Below are positions 23,220-34,497 of a stretch of DNA of 64,000 nucleotides, in pieces. Each line of letters begins with the position of its first letter. Position 1 is the stretch's first letter. Position numbers and translations under genes: made by a program. A model generated the notes under the pieces. It was given only the letters and a program-made list of their open reading frames with translations, was not told the DNA's origin and did not search any database. The stretch spans positions 124,001-188,000 of the forward strand of contig OW569388.1 in the NCBI GenBank assembly GCA_937625935.1, read 5' to 3'. Source of the DNA: Tetramitus jugosus. Taxonomy: Eukaryota; Protista; Heterolobosea.

Positions 23220-23888
23220 ATGCTGTTCGGAAAAAGTACTCATAGTGAGGTGGAGAATGAATTGATTGGAGGAATAACACCAAGCAATTCAGGTTCTATC
23301 ACTACATCTTCGGAAAAACCAGTACAGATTCTTCATGGTGCCATAGTTTGTGTTCCCTTAGAAGATATCATAGCTTGTCCAAACTCTGGTCCCATTTTCA
23401 TTGGAGAGAACACAATTATTCATCCCAAGGTCATATTGGAGAGTGGTCCAAACAGTGGCGGTATCTACATTGGCAAGAATAATATCATTGAGGAAAAGGT
23501 CAAGATTACTAATTACACAAAACAACAACTCGTAATTGGTGACTTCAACTGGATCCAATCGAGTAGTATAATCGATTCTCAAATGATTGGTCACAGAAAT
23601 GTAATAGAACCAAGAGTTGTTTTGGAAAGAGCGAGTGAGATTGAGAATGATTGCCACATAGGAGGGAACTGTAGGGTCAGGAGCTATCATTGTATACCGA
23701 ATAACACATCAGTGCTTGGATCAAATTGTCAGCAATTTACGATGGATCCGAATGAAGAACACACGAAAATGGTAAAGCAACGACACGTGGATATGATGGT
23801 TAGTCAATACAAGGTACTATCCAAGATCTTGCACCCTTTGAACAATAAGCGAAAGGGATCAATTATACTAACAACAGGAATAAAGTAA
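23220..23888 (+). CDS. DCTN6: Dynactin subunit 6 (p27)-like left-handed beta-helix protein
   Basis: GAIVC..IGENTIIHPK..GGIYIGKNNIIEEK..LVIGDFN hexapeptide repeats; alternative start at 23139. Confidence 0.8.
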   Translation: MLFGKSTHSEVENELIGGITPSNSGSITTSSEKPVQILHGAIVCVPLEDIIACPNSGPIFIGENTIIHPKVILESGPNSGGIYIGKNNIIEEKVKITNYTKQQLVIGDFNWIQSSSIIDSQMIGHRNVIEPRVVLERASEIENDCHIGGNCRVRSYHCIPNNTSVLGSNCQQFTMDPNEEHTKMVKQRHVDMMVSQYKVLSKILHPLNNKRKGSIILTTGIK

Positions 23889-23915
23889 ACCATGTTCTAT
23901 TTAACCTGTTCTTAT

Positions 23916-26447
23916 TTAATAAATGTTGATTTCTCTCTCTCGGTGGTTCATCAAGTCATAATAATCTCCCACAACATTAGTCCATGAGGGCAAAGAAAGT
24001 TTCCAGATATGTTTCCATGGATTCTCTTCGAACTCCTTTCGAAGTTCTTCATACTTGGACATTTGGACAGAACTATGCAAGTACCGAAGATGTCTGGACA
24101 TCTTCATGAGCTGAATGCCAATAGACGAGGCATCTTCAGAGTTATTCAAGTTAAATGACAGCATCTGCAAACCAACACCAGCCTTCTTTATAATTTGTTC
24201 CATGGACTCAGGAGTGGTGGTAGGACAGCATAGTTGTCTCAATGAAATTGTTGGAGATTCCTGTGTGTACTCTGAAATCTTGGCAATAGTATCTACGGTA
24301 CTATTGGTAGTGATTGAGTGAATACGAGGAGCATTTTCTGGAGAAATCAACCTATCAAACTGACTTTGAGTTACGCCACCAAATATCGAAATGAACTTTA
24401 GAGATGGCAGTTGTGTTGGAAATTGACTCCATATTGCTCGCTCGCAATACAGGATCGTCAAGGATTGAAGGGCGGAAGTTTGGTTGCTCAATAGGTCTTC
24501 AGGAGAGTGTGGAGAATATTCATCCAAGCAGGCAATCTGACTTAGAGTTAATCTCTGAAGGTGGTGACAGATTTTCTTAATAAATGAATTCGGAGTATTG
24601 ATCCACAGATTCTCGAGGAACAACACCTTCAGATTTGTGCAGTGAGCACCAATGATACGAACTATTTCATTTCCGAAGGTTAATGGCATCAGCTTTGGTG
24701 CGGCTACAATCTTGATTTCCAGAGACTTCAATTGCGGGCCAACAGCAGTCAAAAAATTATAAAGATGCTGTGCTTTTTCCTCTCGTTCTGATAGTGGTTC
24801 AGATTCAGAAATGTTAATGGTCATTTTGAGATTCTCAAACTTTCTTCCCACCTCCTTCTCTGCTCCTTCTAGATCTATCAATTGCATCTCACACTGTAAT
24901 GATCGTAAATTCTGATGATGTTTGAAAAAGTGGGACAGATCTCCTTCGTTAAAAGTCACACCAGATGAGCATGTGAATGACTCCAGTCCTGGATATAAAC
25001 TTAAGAATTCCCGTAATGGAAAAGCATCTTCTTGATCTTCGTATTGTCCCTCAAAAGTCAAGTGCTTCATCTTTGTATTCTTCTTGGACTCGCTCCAGCA
25101 TCTCTTCATAACTCTATCATCAATGTTAAGCATGTGATGAGATCCCGAGAAGTAGAGTTGAACCTCTCTCAAGTTCTTAAACTTTTGAGTCAAAGCAGGA
25201 AGAGAGGAAGGAGAGAAATTGAAGTAATTGTTCGATGTCAGGTGAATAGATTCCACAGTGTTGTATAGATGATAGAGTTTGGTTGGGTCGCGAGGCAAAG
25301 GATGGAAATGTCTCATGTTCATTACCTCCTGAGCTTCCAAGTGATTTGCGCTTTTATCTGAGACAGTGTTTCTTCTCTCTCTCAGAATACGGAGCAAATC
25401 CTTATCTAACTCCTTATCTGCTTGATCCATGAGCTCCATTAGCATATCTTCGTAATAATCTGCCTCAAACCACACAATTCGCTTCAAATTCTGAAATCCC
25501 TTCAAGTATGGAAGAGTTGAATACTCTTCATTGGCCATTTTTACCAATGGACTCTCAGAGAAGTCAAAATATTCCAATGATTGTCGTAAAAGAGGGCTAT
25601 TAACCACACACAGTCGTGAAAATTCTGTAATGTTCATGCAGGAGCGTAGTTCAAGCCTCTTGAGCTTCACACACTTACTCACAATGATATGGACAATGAA
25701 ATCAGTGACTGCGTCACAGCCATTCAAAATGAGTTCTTCAATGTGTTGTCCCTGAGCCAAAATCAAGTTAATGAGAGTTTCTTGATTCATCACAGCATGA
25801 GCTTGTACTCCAATACATGCATCATAAGTTCCTCCTGTTCCGTCGTACTCTGTAAAATTTGGAACATTTTTGTTCAAGTCGTAATCTGTCATCTCTTGGA
25901 ATTCAAATTGTAATCCAGATTCCAATGGAGTCGTAAATCCTTTTCTTTCTAGAACTTTGCAGTATGAACTTCCAAAGTCAACTCTCCGGTACAAGTGAGA
26001 ATGATAGAGTTCTAGTTGGTCCCGAGGGATGACCCTAGTGTATGGATTCATTTTGACTCGTTGAAGTCGAGGGTTTGTGATAGAATCATTGTACAAACTA
26101 ATGAATGACTCTGAAACGTGAGCGTATCTTGGATCAGACAACAAGTAGTGGAACAATCGACTGACAAACATCATCCGAAGCATGTTCACTGTAGGAAGAT
26201 AGGCAAGAATGTTGACCCAGAGATCTTCAGGCATGTGATAAATATTTGCAGGGGCGTTGCCTAGTGACTTGTAATACAGTTCCCTGATGGCTCTTTGATT
26301 CTTTTGGACGAGCTTGTAATTTCTTCTTCTGACTCTTCTCTCTTCTTGAGTCATCCTTGTGCTCTTCATGGAGGATACCATGTTAGTGGTGTTGGAGGTG
26401 TGGAGTGCTGCAGTTTGTTGAGTTTGAGCTTGGGTGGTGGCAGTCAT
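23916..26447 (-). CDS. F-box/LRR protein
   Basis: F-box MPEDLWVNILAYL..VSRLF; LRRs IEELILNGCDAVTD, LKRLELRSCMNITE. Confidence 0.8.
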   Translation of the reverse strand: MTATTQAQTQQTAALHTSNTTNMVSSMKSTRMTQEERRVRRRNYKLVQKNQRAIRELYYKSLGNAPANIYHMPEDLWVNILAYLPTVNMLRMMFVSRLFHYLLSDPRYAHVSESFISLYNDSITNPRLQRVKMNPYTRVIPRDQLELYHSHLYRRVDFGSSYCKVLERKGFTTPLESGLQFEFQEMTDYDLNKNVPNFTEYDGTGGTYDACIGVQAHAVMNQETLINLILAQGQHIEELILNGCDAVTDFIVHIIVSKCVKLKRLELRSCMNITEFSRLCVVNSPLLRQSLEYFDFSESPLVKMANEEYSTLPYLKGFQNLKRIVWFEADYYEDMLMELMDQADKELDKDLLRILRERRNTVSDKSANHLEAQEVMNMRHFHPLPRDPTKLYHLYNTVESIHLTSNNYFNFSPSSLPALTQKFKNLREVQLYFSGSHHMLNIDDRVMKRCWSESKKNTKMKHLTFEGQYEDQEDAFPLREFLSLYPGLESFTCSSGVTFNEGDLSHFFKHHQNLRSLQCEMQLIDLEGAEKEVGRKFENLKMTINISESEPLSEREEKAQHLYNFLTAVGPQLKSLEIKIVAAPKLMPLTFGNEIVRIIGAHCTNLKVLFLENLWINTPNSFIKKICHHLQRLTLSQIACLDEYSPHSPEDLLSNQTSALQSLTILYCERAIWSQFPTQLPSLKFISIFGGVTQSQFDRLISPENAPRIHSITTNSTVDTIAKISEYTQESPTISLRQLCCPTTTPESMEQIIKKAGVGLQMLSFNLNNSEDASSIGIQLMKMSRHLRYLHSSVQMSKYEELRKEFEENPWKHIWKLSLPSWTNVVGDYYDLMNHREREINIY

Positions 26448-26819
26448 TGTGGTTAATTGTTGATGTTCGTGGTCAAAAATGGAGGTCGGAGCCTGGTGGT
26501 GGTGTTGAGTTATATGGAGTAAGTCTTGCACTTGTTAAAATGTCAAGGTTGTTGTTATCTATTGTTTAAGTTGGTCCTTGCTTTGCTGAAACTTTATTTT
26601 TGAGAATCAAGGGAGCCATTAAAACATTATCGACCAGGAGAACATCTTGTTCAACTTCAAAATCGAAGCGACATGTACACTTGCCCAGCGAACTCGATCA
26701 TTTTGTCGTGTGGTCGATGTCGCCAGTTTCAATTTCCAAGTGCGCAAAATCAGCTATCTCCTAAAATATTTGTGGTCTCTTGAAGTAGTTTATTTCTGCT
26801 TTTTTTTTCGATATTTTCT

Positions 26820-27485
26820 TTACAATTGTTTGGCATATGTTGGATCGATTTCTGGTTGTCTCTTGACCTGTCTGTCATTTTCTTCAACGTCAAGTTCATA
26901 TGGGTTAGGCACATAATCCCATGACGAGGAAGCAGGTGGTGGAGGATGATAGACTGTGCTTGAAGTCTCGAATGGAATTTCATCTGGCATATGGCTTGGA
27001 TAGGGTGTAGAGTGCATCGTGAATTCATTCATAGGAATCTCTGCCTGGTGATGATGTGTCGTGGTTGTGTGATAAGTTGTCTGTTGTTCTCCTCCCTCTT
27101 CTAGATTCTGCTGTTGCTGTTGCAAATTCTCCTTTGACTGAGCTAACAACGCGGAAAAGAGGAAATAACGTCTCAAGCTCGTGATCAACGAGATTACAAA
27201 TATAATGGCGAAAGCAATCCAGACAAACAAGTACCAGGTGACCCACCAACGGTATCGGATGCCATAAACAATCCAAATGGCAAGGAATATACCCAACACC
27301 AAAGCGGATAAAATCGTGGTCAACGAAGTGAAAATGACCCAACTGCGGAACATGGATACTCGCCTCTGTTGCTCCACTCGTAATTCGAGCTCTGTGGGTT
27401 GAGCATCTAGAACTGGAGGTACTGATCCTGAATCTGCCCTAGCATCTATCTCAGGTTGTCTCAATTGTGCCGTCTTAATCGTCAT
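26820..27485 (-). CDS. Hypothetical 2-TM membrane protein with Pro-rich tail
   Basis: Two adjacent hydrophobic helices, disordered C-terminus. Confidence 0.7.
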   Translation of the reverse strand: MTIKTAQLRQPEIDARADSGSVPPVLDAQPTELELRVEQQRRVSMFRSWVIFTSLTTILSALVLGIFLAIWIVYGIRYRWWVTWYLFVWIAFAIIFVISLITSLRRYFLFSALLAQSKENLQQQQQNLEEGGEQQTTYHTTTTHHHQAEIPMNEFTMHSTPYPSHMPDEIPFETSSTVYHPPPPASSSWDYVPNPYELDVEENDRQVKRQPEIDPTYAKQL

Positions 27486-27970
27486 GGTTTACAATAATTA
27501 GTTGTGTTGTTTTTACTATCGGGAGTCTCTAGCTTGTCTTCAATAACGTGAATCAATCAACAGTTTGGGGAGTGATATTGTTTTTTGTTGAATAGGTTGA
27601 GGAAGAGAATATAGTTCACCCAACGAGAAATCCTGGAGCTTTAATATTGCCTTGTCTGGTCGCTCCTTCCAGCTCCGATTTCGTCCTTTCGGTCTATTCT
27701 TGAAGCCCGTCAGTAAGAATAGTCATAAAAAGTCCGTAGAGTCTCCTTAAAGAATCATCAGTTGACGCACAGCGAATTTTGGTTCGTTGTTGTTCAGTGT
27801 TCTTCTCGTGCACGCAAATACGAATCTCGCTTTTTTGCTTCTTGGTCAAAGAACTTTGTTCTCGTCAGCAACCAAAAAATCCAATAGCTTCCATCAAACA
27901 TCGAGACAAATATCTTGTCGTCCAGTGCACAAACAAACCAACAACAAATAAACAATAACAACAAAAAACA

Positions 27971-28754
27971 ATGGATTGTGATGTTTTATACAAGGGTAAC
28001 GCATCTCAAAGCTAAAAGCTTTTTTTTCTCTGTTCCATGATGTAGTCAAAACAGTGTCAACTAACTCACACAATAAAACAAACAACTAAAAAAAAAAACA
28101 GTGGTTGTGATCGGTGATTCAGGTGTAGGTAAAAGTAATCTCATCACCAGATACACTCGTGATCATTTCTCAACAGACATGAAATCCACAATTGGTGTCG
28201 AATTTGCCAGTAAGCTCATTGATTATGAATCTGTCAAGATTAAGGGTCAAATCTGGGATACAGCAGGTCAAGATCGTTTCAGAGCCATTGCTGCTGCTTA
28301 TTATCGTGGTGCTCATGGTGCTTTAATCGTGTATGATATCACGAATCCATTGTCCTTTCAAAATTTGGACTCTTGGTTCAGAGAGATTGAGAATCAAGGT
28401 GAACAAAACTGTATTAATGTCATTGTGGGCAATAAGCTTGATTTGGCTGAAACACACAGAAAGGTGAGCACCGAAGAAGGAAGGTTATATGCGGAGAAAC
28501 ACAATATTCGATTTGTGGAAACGTCGGCTGCCGATAGCACAAATGTGGATTTGGTGTTTACAACGTTGCTTCATGATATTTACAAGTCACAGAAGGGTAA
28601 GATGAAGAATGGTATTGGTGGTGGTGGTGGATTGGGTGGTGACGATGACGATGATGAAGTGGTGGATGTTTCGATACCGAATCCCTCTAGTGGAACGAGT
28701 ATTCGAATTGGTGATGGTCCGACACAACCGAAAACGAATCAATGTGGATGTTGA
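27971..28754 (+). CDS. RAB11: Rab11-family GTPase, 2 exons
   Basis: Exon 1 MDCDVLYK, intron 27996-28101, GDSGVGKSNL, KSTIGVEFA, WDTAGQ, AYYRGA, GNKLD, ETSA, C-terminal CGC. Confidence 0.88.
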
Positions 28755-29139
28755 GCACTCGTGCATTGGAGGAGTAGAGTACTAGTACATGTGTGCGTGT
28801 TTGTTTTCGTCGTAGTTGCCACGAATCCAATTCATGCATATTTGCTCTGTGTGCGTTTGTGTGTGGACTGTGTAAAAAACAATGAATCACGAAATTCGTT
28901 CATTATTGCCTTACGAGAAATAGAATGTCTTCGAATGCCACAGATGTCTTGGCAGTGTGTGAGAACGACATAAACCATAAAAGTTGTAATTTATTTTTCA
29001 TTATTGTTTCGAGTCGAGTGTACTTTGCTGTTTGTTTCCAAGGAACGCTTGGTTTAGAATGTTGTTATTGCGGTGACAGTTATCTAAGAGTATTGGTTGT
29101 ATTTTATTTCTATTTACAAAGGAAGTGTTTGTTTGTTCT

Positions 29140-31002
29140 TTAACTAGAGCTGACCTTACTGAACTCTTCCGTGTACACAATCTTTCTGGCCCTGTCCTGA
29201 GACACACCTGTAGAAAAGTCCTTGTGAATGATGCCACATGCTTCACCAACTGTCCTTTTCATCATGCCCAACTCTCCTCTCATCTCCTCAAGGCCCATTG
29301 TATTTCTTCTGACGAGTAACAATTCCTCTTGGAGAGCATTCATACCCATCTTCAACTCCTCATTCAATCTGAACATTTCGTTTCTGCCCCTATCCATCTT
29401 TGCTTCCAATCGAGTCACCAAGACGTCACTCTCCAGTGCCTCTTGATCAACTTCTGTGACAAGGTATCGTGTTGGTTCCTTGGCCAATTTAGCCTTACTA
29501 CCAAACAGAGCTTGTCTTCCCAAAAGTAATGGCAACAAAAGCAAGAATGGTAACACCATTGTCATGAGCAGAATGTCCAATGTTCTCCATTCTCTCTTGT
29601 CTTCAACATCGGAGCGAATAGGAATAGGTGGTGAACGAGTTTGAATGGGTCTCTCCTTGATTACAAAGGCACGTTTCAAGAAGTCAGCAGTCGTGGAGTA
29701 GCCCCTCTTGAGCGAGTCTGAGAACCAATGGCTACGTACAATTCTTTCATCTCTGAGTGTGTCTTCATACAAGTCCTCCACTCGGCCAATGTCGATATCT
29801 GGATTGTATGTGAACTTTCCATGTTCATAGGTGTCAAATGTTGGTTCGAGAACTGCTTCAGCTTGATCTCTCCAATCATTGAACTTTTCTTCCACGGGAC
29901 GCTTCCAGTCTTCAACCTTTTCACGAGCCTTGTCCATGGATTCCTTTGCTGTTTCCTTGATATTTTCCTTTGCTTCATGAGCCTTTTGTTTTGCCTTGTC
30001 ATATGCTCCTTCAGCTTCTCTCTTGAGCTCTCTCTTGTTGTATTCCATGTCTCTTCTAATATCTCTGACACCGCCCTTCAAATTGTCATAGGCATCACCA
30101 AATTTCTCCGTAACCGCCTCCTTGACATCTGAAATTCTGTCCTTTGTAACATCAACGGCATCGCCAATATTTTCCTTGATATCCTCAACAAAGTCTCTGG
30201 TGTTGTGAGCTGCTCCCTTGATGACATCAGCAGTCTTGTCAATGGTGTAGTTGATACCTGAAGAGAACGAATTGAAAAAGTTGAAGATTGGAGAAGTTAC
30301 CGCGTCCTTTGCCTTGTCTTTGGCACCTGTCAACAAGGTCCAAATTCTCTGATAGAATGGAGTAATATTCTTGTCCGAACCTCTTGATCTTTCAAATCTT
30401 CTCTCTGCGACAGCTCTGGCTCTTCTCTTCCATTCTTCTCTCTCACCGGGTGGCAAACGAGCAGCGTATCGGTCAATCCAATCTTCACTGAATAAGCGAT
30501 GGAACAAGGCAGATCCAATGTTCGAAGGAAGATCGAAAATGAAGTGCCATGCCTTCTTGGCGTTACCAGCCATCTTGATACCAGACGATTTCAAAGCAGT
30601 CATCCATTGAGTCAACAGTGAGGGAAGTTCAGCAGTGCCTTCTTCTACAGTGTCAACCGGAACCCTCTTGTGATACAATTCACTGACAGAGGATTGCTCT
30701 GTTGGTTCCACACAATAGCTCTTGATCAGTTCAATGTGTTCCTTGACGAGTGTGTCTACGGCGGGTTTATCAATCAACCGCTCTTTCTCCAAGTCCGTGA
30801 AAAATTCTCTTTCAGTGACAATTTTCATCGTGTAGCTTCTACAGTTGGGTGAGAGCTTGGATAGCATACTTGTATCCGTGTTGAGTTGATCGGTAAGTTG
30901 TTGTTCGTGTTCTGGTCTCAAGTATCCCAAACAAGTATGAGACAGGATGAGACACAGTAGAACTACGGTTGTAAATAACAAATAACTCTTAAATTTCATC
31001 AT
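29140..31002 (-). CDS. Secretory-pathway membrane protein with LEA/apolipoprotein-like repeats, TM helix and coiled-coil tail
   Basis: Signal peptide (YLLFTTVVLLCLILSHTCLG), repeats such as AYDKAKQKAHEAKENIKETAKE, TM ILLMTMVLPFLLLLPLLL. Confidence 0.65.
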   Translation of the reverse strand: MMKFKSYLLFTTVVLLCLILSHTCLGYLRPEHEQQLTDQLNTDTSMLSKLSPNCRSYTMKIVTEREFFTDLEKERLIDKPAVDTLVKEHIELIKSYCVEPTEQSSVSELYHKRVPVDTVEEGTAELPSLLTQWMTALKSSGIKMAGNAKKAWHFIFDLPSNIGSALFHRLFSEDWIDRYAARLPPGEREEWKRRARAVAERRFERSRGSDKNITPFYQRIWTLLTGAKDKAKDAVTSPIFNFFNSFSSGINYTIDKTADVIKGAAHNTRDFVEDIKENIGDAVDVTKDRISDVKEAVTEKFGDAYDNLKGGVRDIRRDMEYNKRELKREAEGAYDKAKQKAHEAKENIKETAKESMDKAREKVEDWKRPVEEKFNDWRDQAEAVLEPTFDTYEHGKFTYNPDIDIGRVEDLYEDTLRDERIVRSHWFSDSLKRGYSTTADFLKRAFVIKERPIQTRSPPIPIRSDVEDKREWRTLDILLMTMVLPFLLLLPLLLGRQALFGSKAKLAKEPTRYLVTEVDQEALESDVLVTRLEAKMDRGRNEMFRLNEELKMGMNALQEELLLVRRNTMGLEEMRGELGMMKRTVGEACGIIHKDFSTGVSQDRARKIVYTEEFSKVSSS

Positions 31003-31277
31003 GTTCACAAGAGTATTCTGAGATCTAATAAAATGATGAATAATACTGCTTTGATTTTGTTTTGTGTGAGTTAACTGCAATTAAATAGTTATGTGACCAA
31101 CGGCTTCTCTGACTGATTATTCATATTATTATTGTTATAAAGAAAGAAATATTTCAAGAGTAGCTCGTTATAGGATGTGATACAACAACCAAGCACTCAA
31201 CCATGAGGCTTCGTTACAAATTATTGTCGCATCCCAAAAAAAATTTTTGTTGTTGGACTAAAAATGGATTCGCGCCT

Positions 31278-34200
31278 TCAGAATTTGACAAGAGGCAGGT
31301 TCAGCGTGACATCCTCTGTTACCCGAGACACTCTGCTCCATGTTTGAGCGAGTGAATCGTTCATGCGCTTGAGTGTATCGTTGACGTGTTCATTCCATTC
31401 CTTCTCTTTGATTGCAGTCTTCTTGGTTCTGTCTTGAGCGGTAAGCACCGAATGGATCAGAGTCGCATGTTGTTCGCACAACTTGAATTGGCTTCCAGAC
31501 TTTGCGCTCTTTTGTACTGTGGAGACATGAGTCCCGACAAGTTGATTAAACTTCAAAATTGTCTTCTTGAGCTCTCTCAACAGCTCCAGAAGTGCAGTGT
31601 GATTCAATTGTTTCGCATAATCTGCCCATTGTGGAAGCAAAATATCAAGGACAACAATGTCTCTCTGAACAAAAGTTGCAGTTTGTTTCAGATCGCTAAA
31701 GTATGAATCGGCCCCCTTGACAAGTGCTTCTACCTCGGTGATATGTTCGGTTGAACTATTGACATCCTTGCTGAAAGCTGAGAGGACTGCATCAAACAAA
31801 TGAGCACACACCACATTCTTGTTATTGTTGTAACTCTTCCATTTCTCTAAGTCTGATTTAAACTCTTCTAAAGCATTATAATCAGTTGCAATAAAGTTCA
31901 CCAAGTTGGTTGCATGAGCCAATGCCCTCAAGAAGTAGAACTTCTCCCAGATTTGCTCGTTCTCGGAATGACTCTCTGGTTGGACTTCAGAAGGAATTAA
32001 CAAATTCTGTGACAAGTTCTTGCTGCCATAATCGATTTGCAAATTGATATCGTCATTTCGCGAAAATGAGGAGGTGTCTGGGCTAAATTCGCTTGGGAAT
32101 CGACCCAACTTCTTTTGAATATGAGCAGAAAAGTTCTTCTTCTCAATGTCCGAGTGCTGAGTTGTGACGTTGAGCATAATTTCATCAATCATAGCGACGT
32201 GCACCATGAAGCTCTTGTCCATCATCTTACCAAATCGGATGAACTCACTAACCTTTGAGAATGTTTGATTTCTGTAGGCCAATAAGACAAGATCGGCAGT
32301 TTCGAGCGAGTGCTCCAACTTATAGAAGTTGAGAACCTGAGACGACAAAAGCCCCAATCTATCTGTGATACCCAAGTTAGATAGAGAATAATAGATTAAA
32401 TAACTCAACGTCTCCCATTGGATGTGTTTGATGTCCATGTTGACACCTCCACAAGGCTTGTAATTCGTCAAGAAGATATCAAATGACTCGAGTGGTATCT
32501 CAAGCAATGAATATAGTCTCATCAATAAGCACTTGATTTGGAAGTTGTAAGATGAACGCTTCAAAGCAACTTCAAGAAGCAAAATGCAAGTCACTGCATG
32601 CTCCTTGTTCAAGTTGTCCTTCTCGCAATCCAACAAATAATGTGTAGCAAGGACCAAGAAATCATCTCCAAATTGGTTTTGTGTCTTCTCGAGCTTTGTG
32701 CCCAATGAAAGTGCATCAATGTATTCGAGGGTTAGCTCCTTAATGAGATCATCATTGATACTCGACTGATTGCCATCTTGTTGATTTTGAATAAATAAAT
32801 TTCTCTCGATTTTTCGTATATTCAGATTCAAGACACATCGGTTCTCTCCTTGGATGTTTGAAGAAGCAACGAATTGTCTGCATTTCTCGAGGAGTGAACC
32901 TGCAGCATCTTTGCTCAAGTTCACCAAAAATGGCTTAACATCTTCGAAACAAATATTCTTTGTTCCAAACTTTACGTAATAGTCATATAACAATTGCTCC
33001 AACTCTTGTTTGCAAGTGGATTGTGCGTCTGTAGAAATAATTCTTCTGCTTAATTCCAACATGGCCAAAAATGGTCCACGTTTCTTTTCACTCTTCTTTT
33101 GCATATCGGAAACAAATTGTTTTGCGGATTCCAATGTCGAGTAAACCTTCAAATTTCCTTGGAAAGTCACTGTAGCTGGTGCTTGTTTTCCAACTAATTG
33201 GAACAAGGAATCAAAGAATCCAGTCCACCATGTCCACTCATCCGTGTCAAATTGATTCAATAAATGAGCGTATATCGCGTTACTCAGCGGAACATATTTT
33301 TCAACTTTCAAACTGTATTCGGCCAACAATTGCTTTCTATCGTATGGGATCGGTTCGAGTATAGTACCATACGGCTCATCATTCAGCAACACTTCTTCCA
33401 CAATTTGTGTATACTCGGATTGTTGCTCCAATGTCCAAATATAAAAACGGATCAACTCTGAAAACCTCAACTTCTTTTGATTGTCCTCCTTGGTTGCTTC
33501 TTTGACTTCAGTTGATTTTTTCGCCTTCTTCTTCTTCTTTTTGCCTTCTCCTGTGGCTGTAGCTGCGGTTGCAGTTGAATTGGATGGCATATTGGCACCC
33601 AATGCATTTTCACCGTATTCCTTCTTCATATACTCCAAGAATTCAGTAACGTTGGCACTGACATTTTTCTGGAGGAGCTTACTTGCCATTTTTGTCATTG
33701 TTGGATTGTTGTCAAAAGCACCTCTCATGGCCATTGAAACAACATACCAATAAAAGAACATTTTATCATTGGGAAAGTTCTTTGACAAGTTAATTGCAAC
33801 TTGTTGAGCCTTGAGGAAATGATTGCATCTCGCATGAGCCAAAAACAACATTTGACCCAATTCTGCATTTGCTGGAAACGTAGGAACTACTCTCTCCAAG
33901 AACAACTCTGCTCTCTCCCCTGATCAAACATCATTCGTTTTATACACACATTACAAAACAACAACAATTAGGATCAGCAAAACAACAAAAATTGAGTCCT
34001 TGTTGACACACATCAAAAAACAAGGAATGTGTGAATCAACAAACAAACAAACAAAATACTTACACTCTCCCAACAATTTCAATGCACCCATCACTTGATT
34101 GATCACAGAGTCATTGACTTTGGGATATGGTTGTTGATTGATAATGGTGTCCAATATGGGCAGTACCGTATTCTTGAGTGACTCTAGATTCTTGAGTGAG

Positions 34201-34373
34201 TGATTAGGTGGATTGGACTGCACAAGAGCAATGCACTTGACTGATTTGAGTGCATTGTCATCTGGGTTCCTGATGAGTGCTTCGTCAGCTAATTTTAGGG
34301 CTTGTTTTGGTTTTCTGCTGTCGAGAAGTTGAACAATTTGTTGCAGTTTGGCAGAATGTTGTTGTTGTTGCAT
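31278..34373 (-). CDS. NAA25: NatB auxiliary subunit (NAA25/MDM20), 2 exons
   Basis: N-terminal TPRs, KRGPFLAMLEL, KFGTKNICFEDVK, SYNFQIKCLLMRLY, DIKHIQWETLSY; intron 33920-34063. Confidence 0.9.
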
Positions 34374-34497
34374 CACTCTCGTTCTTTTTGTTTTTTTGTT
34401 TGTTGGTGTTAGAGTTTTGCTGATCAGCAACATCATTAGGAAGCGGTGTTTTAGTGAATAAATTCCGATTGTCGTGATAAAAAAAAGTGAAAGAGTT

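Noticed and set aside
27677-27713. Minus-strand GACCGAAAGGACGAAA resembling a hammerhead ribozyme
   Set aside because: No CUGANGA directly before stem II, and the stem has a mismatch
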